Shown piece after piece: positions 55,483-64,000 of a DNA stretch of 64,000 nt. Every line of letters begins with the position of its first letter. Position 1 is the stretch's first letter. The position numbers and the translations under genes are program-made. Source of the stretch: Schizochytrium sp. TIO01 (taxonomy: Eukaryota > Protista > Bigyra: Labyrinthulomycetes). The notes under the pieces were generated by a model that had not been told where the DNA came from, did no database searches, and saw only the letters and a list, made by a program, of their open reading frames with translations. The stretch lies in the NCBI GenBank assembly GCA_004764695.1, contig SMSO01000035.1, positions 1,550,001 through 1,614,000 on the forward strand, in the 5' to 3' direction.

Positions 55483-58400
55483 TCATCTTTGTAAATGGAA
55501 TATCAGACCATCTTCTTTGCCACTTGTGAACACACTAGCTCCATCTATCGAGCTATAGATATGGAAAGGCCCAATATGGTGTATGGGAGCAAGTTTGCGG
55601 CCTGTTGAATCTGCAAGAGTGCCGTCTGACACGGCAATTATCTCACTTCCTACGCAATAAATTGGTATCGATGACGAGCGAATAGATTGGTGTAAATGCG
55701 CTGTAGTTTCTGACATAGCGCAGCTATTTGTTTGCCAGGTAATTGAATTTATATCCTTTTTGGTCTCAGTGCTTACAGCAAGCTCGGCATACTCATTCCG
55801 AGTAAGCTTAGGTACTATTTTCCGAACAAGGGAAACGGGGAGTGCTTGAATGCATCCATTTGTGCGAAGGAAGTCCCCTGAGACCGACCAGTCCATGTGT
55901 GTAACTGGTACTTGATGAACATGCGGGAAATGGCGAATCAGCGCGTAGTTTCGGGTTTCCAACACTCGCACATGTCCATCATCTCCTGCGACTGCAAGCA
56001 TTGATCCATCGGGAGAGTATTGTAGAGCTCGCACTCCATCCCGAATGTGATCAGAGCCCTGCTGGAAAGATATTGCCACCTGGAGAATTTGGCGTCGTAA
56101 CATTGAAGAAAATACAACCAAAGTCCCACTGCGAGTGCCAACTGCAATATGATGACCTGCTTGGGAAACCGCGCAGCATGTAGCTGCATCTGGGAGATGT
56201 TGTTCTGTAAGAACCGTGTGATTTTCGACATCCCAGACTTTTGCATAACAATCTTCTCCGACCGATAACATGAAACTACGAGCTTCGTGGAGAAACAGTG
56301 ATACGTCAATACCTCGCGCCGAAGTGTCTTGGCTTAGAACCTCTGCTTCTGGTATAGTCCCCTGCTTCAAAGCATGATGCCCACACTGAACTTCATGAAG
56401 AGATTGACGAACTGTGTCATACTCTAGAATTGCGCCGTTGGCATAACTGACAAGAATTCGTTTGCGACCAGCACGATCGCTATCCAAAAAGCAAATCTTG
56501 CTCTGACCAGATTTAAGCAAAAGTGGTGTATCTGGAGCCATCATTGGGTCAAGGAGTAAGGTCTTCCCTGACCTCGACAAACATACATAACCTCCAGTTT
56601 GCAATGTAGTTATTTGAGAAATATCGGACAACTGTTGGATAGAACCCCGTTCTTTAAAGTTGGATTGATTTAGGATTCGCCGAACATTTGTTGAGACTCC
56701 ACTCCATGAAATAAGTGCACCATCTGCATGACCAGATAAAAGGCCTGCATCTCCTAAAGCCAGGCAAAGAAAATCACTTCCGACGGGAGACTCCTTGGTG
56801 CAAGATGTAAGCCGAGCTCGAACGGGGTCAAACGTCCAAACTTTGAGATACTTCCCTCCAGCGATGGCAATGTCTACGTCACTGTTTGGGTCATTTTCAT
56901 TCTTTGGCATGACAATAAGATCACACGATGAGGCGCACCCTGCCTCGGAAAATATCCCTGTACATTGAACTAGTCCAGTCTTAATGCAAACCAATGCGAA
57001 GCTGCCTGTATCTAAGAGAAGCCCTGCAAGTGTTGCACGGGGAGAGAATCGAATCATTTTCACTGACGAGTCCGTTTTAAAGTTAGCAACTTGTGTAAGA
57101 CTAGATGGACTCCACACAAGAACATTTTGCAAAGCATCAGCAGATATCATAAGCTGGCCATCGCCGGAAACATCGAGGGCAACAACTTCACACTGGTGAT
57201 CAACAAAGAATGTTTGCTTTGCAAGCTGGCCTGCGCGAACTGGTCGCTGAATTACTACTATATTAGCCGCAGCAAAAGCATAATCATCTAAGCTGCCACA
57301 AAAACGTGCTGCGATATGCTTTGTACGCCCATAGACCCAATTGATATGCAGCTGCGGTGAACTCTTCGATGCCCCGAGTGCAAGTGTAGGATTTTTGCTC
57401 AATATTCGCGGCACAAGTTGCGATTTCCAAGACTCATTGTCAATCTCCCATGACAATCGATGCATTTTAAAGGTACTGAAGTTAACCGATGCAGACCTGG
57501 TGGGAGACGATGTGGACTTGAGAGAAATCCCCTGATCTACTGTTGTTGCTGTATCTTCTGCGTGACTAACGGGTATCTTGGACTCACTCACATTCACTCG
57601 GATGTTTTCCGCTTGATCCCTTGCGAGCTGCAAACGGCGATCTCGCTCATCTTGCTCAAGGGCCATCCATTTATACTTAGCTGAAGCGATATCTTCCAAG
57701 GATTCGGTTTTCCATACGCACAAACAACGACGAGTATCTAGGCTAAGGATATAACAGTCATTTGCTGAAAATGCCACCTGACTCAAAATCCCTGCATGTA
57801 AGCTAGCTAATCTGACCTCACGCGTAGGCAAGCCTAGATTTGAGGGGAACGCCAACACTTTTAGACTACCGTCTACATCTCCTGCAACTAAATGCATACC
57901 ACCATAAGAGCGAGCACATGAAGCCCAGAAATGGCGGGATTTAATACCTGACACTGCCCATCCTCCTAGGCAGGTATATGTTGCCCATTCAATGCCTTGG
58001 ATACTCTCTGTATCTCGCAAAAGCTTAGGATCGTCGGATACTAGAGGAATCTCCAAATAGAGAATCTCACGAGTGCTACTCATAGACTGTAGGTACCGTG
58101 ATGCGCCTGAGAACTGATCGATAATATCAAGTGACCAGTCAAGCTTTATGACTGGACTAGTATGAGCTTGGATCTTGATAGTTTGTTCTTGATTCAGCAT
58201 ATCGTACACGTAGATGTTGTGATCATGACAACCAATCGCAAGGCGTCTGGCATCTGGGGAAAACTGAAGGGCCTGGCACCAGTCCTCACCATTTCGAAGA
58301 GATTGAGCTAAGGGCATAAATTGATCTGTTGAAAGGGCTGATCGCTTAAATTGAAAGATATCTACATCGCCGTTGTCACAGCCTACAGCAAGGATATCTG

Positions 58401-61400
58401 CCTCATCATCTTCTGGCGATACCGCGACGGCTAAGGAAATAACTTTATGGGCAACATTAATTGTATTCAACTCATGACGTGCTTGTAAATCCCAGATTCG
58501 AATATACCCATCGTCAGCTGCAGTAAAAGCGATTTGTTCTGAAGGATGAGCAGCCAAGGCCCATGACTCACCTTTAGAATGGGTTTTCAAAAGTGACTTA
58601 AAGCTTGACTGAACTTCGAGCTGTTTGGTTCGAAGGTCAATGTTGATTTCATTGATCCCTCCAACTCGATCACCAATTACACAGTAGACTAAACCAGGCG
58701 AAATACGGTCATTTTGATAACCTGTTAGATTTTCATGAAAAAGGGAACCCATTCTAGAACTTTGCTTTGGGGTAACATCGATGCATTTAATTGATGAAGC
58801 AGCATGGAAAATCTCGTGAGGTGTGTAGCTATTAGGATCACCATTATCTTGCGACCAGTAAATTAGATGGCCAGACTTCATTCCTGCAAAGAATCCAGGT
58901 TGGTTTCTCAAAGATTGGCACAGTGTTAGGCATGAATTTCCTTCGCTCCCAAGGAGGGTAACAATTTTACGAGACTGAATATCCCATATTGCTAGCCTGC
59001 CATCCGCAAGTCCAGCGACAATTTGCTCCTTTGCTAGAGCACAAACAGAAATGACATTCTGGGTTTGAATCCTATCTCCAGAGGAGGTGGAGAAAAGTCC
59101 TCGTCGGACTTCAGGCGCACCACTTCCGCCATTAGCTAAATTCCAAAATGAAACATGTCTGATTCCAACAGTTGTAAAGCAACACACATCAGACCAGACG
59201 ATATCCAAAATAGCAGGAGATCCGCTTGGTGCAAAGCCAACACATCGTCTTTTTGGCCAGTCCACAATGGCTACGGTTTGATGCGCATCAGCTCCGACAG
59301 CAGCAATGCGACTACCATCTGTATTAAACGAAATATGCGCTGCACCAGCACTACTCCAAGGGAATTCTACACTAGACACTATTGAGTTCGACTCGGAATC
59401 CCAAACATAAAGCTTTGAGCCTTGCCCAAATGCAAGATGCAAACGTTGCGGTGAGATTGCGAGCACTTCTATTGGTACATCGGGGTGTTGGCTCTGGTTC
59501 TGAGACTGGTTTAAAGGACAAACAAAGGACTGATCTAGCTTCCCTTGTTTGCTGCTGAAGCAATTGATCACCACTGATCCACACGCAGGCCAAGCAACTC
59601 GTTGATCTGCTAGATACTTGATATTATTTCGAGCAACATTATATCCTTGCAACCATGATAGTGATGCATCTGGATCACGGCGATTTGGTAGTAGGCCCAT
59701 AGCAAGTTGCAATACGTCTTGTCTCGCTAGTGAGTCGTCAATTGGAGGATAATTCTCTTCGGGCATTGCCGAATCCCCCCCAACATCAGCAAAGGGGCCA
59801 TCGAGCTGCTCGATCGACCCAATGTTTTGCCACGCACGGGCTTGAATCTTCCATAGCTCCTCCGCAATTTCTGGGTCTTCAGAGGGAATAAAGGGACTAG
59901 AAGACACGATGGTATTCATGGCGGAAGTCTCACTTTCATTGTCAAACTCAATGGTCCATTGCATTATCGTACCATATGGGGCCATCGAAAGAAGACGCTT
60001 GCCTTCGTCAACAAATATGATTGAGCTTACTGGGGTAGAAAGCTTGTTGCTAACGGAATACACTTTGACAAGGTCCTCAGGAAGCTCTTTTGGACATGGA
60101 AAGGGCACACAGAATATTTTGCCATCCCTAGTTCCTACTGCAAGTCTATTTTTATAAATAGCGAATGCACATGCTTTAGATGCAAGAACAGGAGGGATTC
60201 CTTTAATATCACCGAGATCTGGACATACTTGACCACACCATGATAGCGAGCGGATAGCAGACAAATTTTCTTCAATTAGAGCTCCGGCACGGGAAATATC
60301 CCAATAAAATTGCTGTGCAGAAGTATATTGCATCTGAGAAACAACAGATGTTCTTAATATTGTTGATTCCGAGCTCCAATCCAAGAGTACACGACATCCC
60401 ATATCAATGTAGGAGCTCTGATTCGTAGAGGGTTTGAGAGCTTGCACGCAAGTAAATTGCTTGTGCTTTGTCAGTGGTTGCCTTCGAACCATGAACAAAT
60501 AAACCGTTGTTGACTCACATCCAACTGCAAGGTATGCTCCATCTGGGGAAAATGCAATGTCGGTTGCCGCATGTTGGTTCTCTGGAAGCTCAAACCTGTG
60601 AATCTCTGCAAAAGGATGATCAGAATCAAAAGGTTCGTGAAGGCTTATGACCCCAGTAGACAAAACAATTGCAAAGTAGTCACCTTGTGGAGAAAACGCC
60701 ATGCAACGGGGTGGTGCTTGAAGAGCATAGGAAAAAAGGATGCGTTGATTCACAATGTCCCAAACGTAAAGACATAGATCAGATGTACTGCTGGTAATTA
60801 TAGTGGTCTCACTATGAGGTAACACACTTGCGAGAGGTGCACCTTCACCTGCATGTGACCGAACGGTTGGAATTTTAGTAACTGCACCAGAATCATATTT
60901 CTGACCGAAGTTCATTTCCCACAACCGGCCATTAGAGCTACCAACGAGCGCGATCTTCGAGTTTCGGGAATTTGCAAGACAAAGTGTGCAAATTTCTCCT
61001 TCATTTAGCACAATTTGATTTTTTACATTTGCTGATGAAGAGGTATTGAGCGGGTGTAAACCCATATCCCAAAGCTGCAATGAACCATCTCTAGATGCAC
61101 TCACGACACCCAGTTTCCATTCTGCAATACATGAAATCGCTTGATAATCTAGTTGTGCCTGGACAATTTGCGTCAGCTTTGCAGTCGCGCAATCAAATTG
61201 AAGAATTGTACCTTGTTCCGTTCCAGCAACCACTGTCTTTCCCAGAAAGCAGAGACATGTGAAACAAGGTGCAGAGCTCGTGGTTTTTGTGAATTCACCA
61301 AGTTCTACATCGACAACTTCCAAGCGAGACAAGATTCCAGCTCTTGTATTGTAACGCTGACCATTAAACTTATCGTGTGCTTGTAGCTGTGCATCAATGA

Positions 61401-62832
61401 GCTTAACAAAACCATTTCCAGCAATAGCAAAAAGACTAGAGTCATGACACCATGCAATGTCTTGCACCTCATTCTGCATAAGATATATCGGCTCAGCCAA
61501 ACGTTCTTGTTTGGCCCAATCCCAAAACTCGATACTGACTCTATGGTTAGTAGATACACTCGATGTATTGTTTCTGTCTTTTGATGAGTTTGACACGATT
61601 GCAATAATCTGTCCGGTAGCATCAAATGCCAAATGCATATATCCTGGTCGAACTTGCAGAATTGCTCGTGTGGCGTGATCACTGGCTACCTGGGCGACAC
61701 TCCAGATGTGAACTTCGCCTCTTAAATCTGAGCTTGCAACGTATGAACCAGATGGATCCACGGCGATGCTAACAACGCTATCTTGGTGACCCAAGAAAAA
61801 TTCTTGCGATTGCGTGCACAGATTTTGAACTACGATTATCGAATCAGCAGCGTACACAATTTTTTCTCTTTTCGTATCAACATAATGAGCCAACTTGCAA
61901 CCAACTTGTCCACTGAATGCATAAGCCCATTCTCGTTTAAGCTGAGTACTACAGTCTTGACAGTCTACCTCAAATGAACCAAGAAGCATTGCAGACGCCG
62001 CTGCTCTCTCAGGGATCTGGTGATCTCCTGTTGAATCCTCAGGAAGTGATTCGTCGCCTACTGCGGTTTGGGTTACTAGAGCCATCGTATTGTTTGAAAT
62101 TGCTTGATCCTTGTCCTTCATTGAAATATCATCTGCTTTAAATTGGCCTGACATATGGAGTTGAAGCTCTGATGCAGCCACACGAGCAAAAATCTGAAAT
62201 GATTCAATATATCGCATGACCTCGCGATTACCACGAGCCCACGATGCAAACTCTGAGAAAGAGAGATTGCGGCTAAAATTTCGGTCATACATGGCAAGAG
62301 CTTGATCAGCAATGGCCTCGAATATTTCGTCACGATCTAGTACATCAACAGACTTTGACGGATCTAAGTCTACTAGCTTGAGAGAACCTAGAACAGTAGA
62401 TCTCACCATAAGCACAATCTCTGACCGACAGAGAGACCCGTTTAAATTGAGATCATAAAGTTCAAAGCAGAACTGGGTCTTGGCTTCGAGATCTTCACAA
62501 CTTAAGATGACCATGGCTGCAAGGAACTCGAGGCAGTTCACACGTCCATTGTAAGCGGAATCAAGTAGTCCAAAGAGTTCGTTGACTTCTCCCTCCGAAA
62601 TGACAGGCACAGAAGATGAGATCCACGCATAGAATTGGTTTCGTACCATAACTAAGGTTCCTATTTTCTTAAGATCTGCGAGGAGGGCTTTAACATCTTG
62701 CAGAGGCCACATTGCGAATGGAAATCCCGTGCGTCGCAAATGGCCACCTTCGAGCAAAAACTCATCTTCTCCAGAGTTTCGTAAAACGCTACCTTGTAAA
62801 GGCTTTGTTGTATTCGACAAGACTGCGCCCAT
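55483..62832 (-). CDS. EML5/6-like WD40 microtubule-associated protein with N-terminal EF-hands
   Basis: About 2450-aa single exon. EF-hands LDSAYNGRVNCLEF, YDLNLNGSLCRSE, YDRNFSRNLSFSEF. Three HELP-like entries (LKREWAY, LSWLQGY, LHINWVYG) each followed by WD40s; HSKGESWALAAHP and VTHMDWS..GDFLRTN are EML-type motifs. First ATG is at 62832 (MGAVLS). Confidence 0.9.
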   Translation of the reverse strand: MGAVLSNTTKPLQGSVLRNSGEDEFLLEGGHLRRTGFPFAMWPLQDVKALLADLKKIGTLVMVRNQFYAWISSSVPVISEGEVNELFGLLDSAYNGRVNCLEFLAAMVILSCEDLEAKTQFCFELYDLNLNGSLCRSEIVLMVRSTVLGSLKLVDLDPSKSVDVLDRDEIFEAIADQALAMYDRNFSRNLSFSEFASWARGNREVMRYIESFQIFARVAASELQLHMSGQFKADDISMKDKDQAISNNTMALVTQTAVGDESLPEDSTGDHQIPERAAASAMLLGSFEVDCQDCSTQLKREWAYAFSGQVGCKLAHYVDTKREKIVYAADSIIVVQNLCTQSQEFFLGHQDSVVSIAVDPSGSYVASSDLRGEVHIWSVAQVASDHATRAILQVRPGYMHLAFDATGQIIAIVSNSSKDRNNTSSVSTNHRVSIEFWDWAKQERLAEPIYLMQNEVQDIAWCHDSSLFAIAGNGFVKLIDAQLQAHDKFNGQRYNTRAGILSRLEVVDVELGEFTKTTSSAPCFTCLCFLGKTVVAGTEQGTILQFDCATAKLTQIVQAQLDYQAISCIAEWKLGVVSASRDGSLQLWDMGLHPLNTSSSANVKNQIVLNEGEICTLCLANSRNSKIALVGSSNGRLWEMNFGQKYDSGAVTKIPTVRSHAGEGAPLASVLPHSETTIITSSTSDLCLYVWDIVNQRILFSYALQAPPRCMAFSPQGDYFAIVLSTGVISLHEPFDSDHPFAEIHRFELPENQHAATDIAFSPDGAYLAVGCESTTVYLFMVRRQPLTKHKQFTCVQALKPSTNQSSYIDMGCRVLLDWSSESTILRTSVVSQMQYTSAQQFYWDISRAGALIEENLSAIRSLSWCGQVCPDLGDIKGIPPVLASKACAFAIYKNRLAVGTRDGKIFCVPFPCPKELPEDLVKVYSVSNKLSTPVSSIIFVDEGKRLLSMAPYGTIMQWTIEFDNESETSAMNTIVSSSPFIPSEDPEIAEELWKIQARAWQNIGSIEQLDGPFADVGGDSAMPEENYPPIDDSLARQDVLQLAMGLLPNRRDPDASLSWLQGYNVARNNIKYLADQRVAWPACGSVVINCFSSKQGKLDQSFVCPLNQSQNQSQHPDVPIEVLAISPQRLHLAFGQGSKLYVWDSESNSIVSSVEFPWSSAGAAHISFNTDGSRIAAVGADAHQTVAIVDWPKRRCVGFAPSGSPAILDIVWSDVCCFTTVGIRHVSFWNLANGGSGAPEVRRGLFSTSSGDRIQTQNVISVCALAKEQIVAGLADGRLAIWDIQSRKIVTLLGSEGNSCLTLCQSLRNQPGFFAGMKSGHLIYWSQDNGDPNSYTPHEIFHAASSIKCIDVTPKQSSRMGSLFHENLTGYQNDRISPGLVYCVIGDRVGGINEINIDLRTKQLEVQSSFKSLLKTHSKGESWALAAHPSEQIAFTAADDGYIRIWDLQARHELNTINVAHKVISLAVAVSPEDDEADILAVGCDNGDVDIFQFKRSALSTDQFMPLAQSLRNGEDWCQALQFSPDARRLAIGCHDHNIYVYDMLNQEQTIKIQAHTSPVIKLDWSLDIIDQFSGASRYLQSMSSTREILYLEIPLVSDDPKLLRDTESIQGIEWATYTCLGGWAVSGIKSRHFWASCARSYGGMHLVAGDVDGSLKVLAFPSNLGLPTREVRLASLHAGILSQVAFSANDCYILSLDTRRCLCVWKTESLEDIASAKYKWMALEQDERDRRLQLARDQAENIRVNVSESKIPVSHAEDTATTVDQGISLKSTSSPTRSASVNFSTFKMHRLSWEIDNESWKSQLVPRILSKNPTLALGASKSSPQLHINWVYGRTKHIAARFCGSLDDYAFAAANIVVIQRPVRAGQLAKQTFFVDHQCEVVALDVSGDGQLMISADALQNVLVWSPSSLTQVANFKTDSSVKMIRFSPRATLAGLLLDTGSFALVCIKTGLVQCTGIFSEAGCASSCDLIVMPKNENDPNSDVDIAIAGGKYLKVWTFDPVRARLTSCTKESPVGSDFLCLALGDAGLLSGHADGALISWSGVSTNVRRILNQSNFKERGSIQQLSDISQITTLQTGGYVCLSRSGKTLLLDPMMAPDTPLLLKSGQSKICFLDSDRAGRKRILVSYANGAILEYDTVRQSLHEVQCGHHALKQGTIPEAEVLSQDTSARGIDVSLFLHEARSFMLSVGEDCYAKVWDVENHTVLTEQHLPDAATCCAVSQAGHHIAVGTRSGTLVVFSSMLRRQILQVAISFQQGSDHIRDGVRALQYSPDGSMLAVAGDDGHVRVLETRNYALIRHFPHVHQVPVTHMDWSVSGDFLRTNGCIQALPVSLVRKIVPKLTRNEYAELAVSTETKKDINSITWQTNSCAMSETTAHLHQSIRSSSIPIYCVGSEIIAVSDGTLADSTGRKLAPIHHIGPFHIYSSIDGASVFTSGKEDGLIFHLQR

Positions 62833-63580
62833 TTTCGTAGGAGCCAAATCCCTTCAAGTACTGCTCGTATCGCACAGAAGCAATTGTTTAGGCCACGTCT
62901 TCACCGTCGCAAAAAGCAGGCGAAGCCCATGCAAGAAAATATATGAATTGCTCTCTTCGCAATGCTGATACAAATGAGCCTTTCCTCCGCAGGTCGACAA
63001 ACCTACACAAGCTCCCACGCCCGTGTTGGTTGGCCCAGGTGAACGCCAATACTCTCTGCTAGAGCAAGTGGCCCTTTCGACTCTCTACTTGTTCTCGTCC
63101 CACTTTTTACTAAGTCTCTTTCTTCTTATCTCTATATATTTCCACAAACCTAGAATACCCCCACTAGATCGGCTTAGAGCATGTCTTCTAGGCATGGAAA
63201 AGGGTCATATTGAAAGTTATATGTAGAATTGTCAACGGCCAACCAACGGCTCAATTCCAAACCTTTCTTCCACTTTGGGTGCGTGTAAAGACAAAGACAG
63301 CACGGAGAGCTCTTTTGAATCGAGGTGCACACCCAGGTATCTAATACTTGCTTTTTGAATAAAGCGCGTATATTTAATTTACTTACTGCACATTTACATT
63401 AGTTGGGTCGCTGTGAAGCTATTACTTGTTTTTGAAGAAACACGCTGCTTCTGTCTTCTGAGAGCGGAGACCATTGACACAGTTCAATAAAGCATAACCT
63501 GTTTCTTCATTTCCGTAGAATCACGAAAACTATATTTTGCAAAGTCATTTGCGTCTGTGATTGATAAGATAACGTGTGCA

Positions 63581-64000
63581 ATGGGCGACATTCAGGAGGG
63601 AAAGGATGATACAGAGCGAACGGGAACAGCTGATAGCTCCCAGCAGAAGCTCAAGGAGCTTCACATGCGGGAGAGAGCAATTGCGCGCGCGGAGGACCTG
63701 CAGGAAACGAAGGTAGAGGTACGTTATAATTGATTCAGGTATGAGGATAAGAGGACACGATTTTTTCGCTAACATCAGAGAACAAACATAGCTTGCAGTC
63801 AACAAGAAACTGGAGGAACTAGACATTAGTAATGAGCGAATCAATGCTGCTGCCAAAGTTTATAAAAAGATTTGTGGCCAATACCCAGCGGCGGTTGGCA
63901 AGGCGGTGAGTAAGAAAGAGCGCCAGGATGAGGAGCTAGATGACCAAAGTTTGGTTTACGGTGAGATTCAATTTCGCACATTTGCTTTGACAATTGAAAA
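63581..64000 (+). CDS. Partial spliced gene (exon 1 63581-63718, exon 2 from 63792), DOT1-like/class I methyltransferase; runs off the window
   Basis: ATG at 63581. Intron GTACGT...GCTAAC...TAG (63719-63791, 73 nt) joins ...ETKVE|LAVNKKLEEL...SKKERQDEELDDQSLVYGEIQFRTF. The YGEI motif is typical of DOT1-like methyltransferases. Confidence 0.65.

Noticed and set aside
1-64000. tRNA, rRNA, CRISPR arrays, transposases, viral hallmark genes
   Set aside because: No cloverleaf with a proper T-arm, no repeat-spacer array, and no RT/integrase/transposase/capsid motifs recognised by eye. A tRNAscan-SE or Infernal run would be needed to exclude small RNAs.

Overview
Eukaryotic, gene-dense and intron-poor DNA. 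It has multi-kb single-exon CDSs, short GT-AG introns with (TA)CTAAC branch sites, and many tetranucleotide microsatellites. The style and gene content fit a stramenopile, most likely a thraustochytrid/labyrinthulomycete (inference, not verified). About 18 protein-coding genes are supportable: UTP10/HEATR1, an OGC/DIC-type mitochondrial carrier, a sterol-desaturase/C4-methyl-oxidase-family enzyme, an internally duplicated multi-pass membrane protein, an EF-hand/poly-Ser protein, a MidA-like SAM methyltransferase-TPR protein, PPP4R2, an unknown acidic coiled-coil protein, a GTT1-like GST, a probable SLF2/Nse6 homolog, a tail-to-tail pair of bacterial-type Amidohydro_2 paralogs (one with an intron), two small membrane proteins, SMC1, a Sel1-repeat protein, an EF-hand + triple-TAPE EML5/6-like protein, and the 5' end of a spliced DOT1-like methyltransferase missed by the ORF track. 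I found no tRNA, rRNA, CRISPR array or recognisable transposon. Best leads: (1) an MLKL-like four-helix-bundle domain fused to Sel1 repeats, a candidate protist cell-death/immune protein; (2) a remote SLF2/Nse6 homolog; (3) recurring TpA-dense patches upstream of many genes, one of which sits before an unexplained GC-rich block; (4) two same-strand genes only 19 nt apart; (5) a myristoylation-motif Ca-sensor/EML fusion. All family assignments are from motif recognition by eye; no database search was run.
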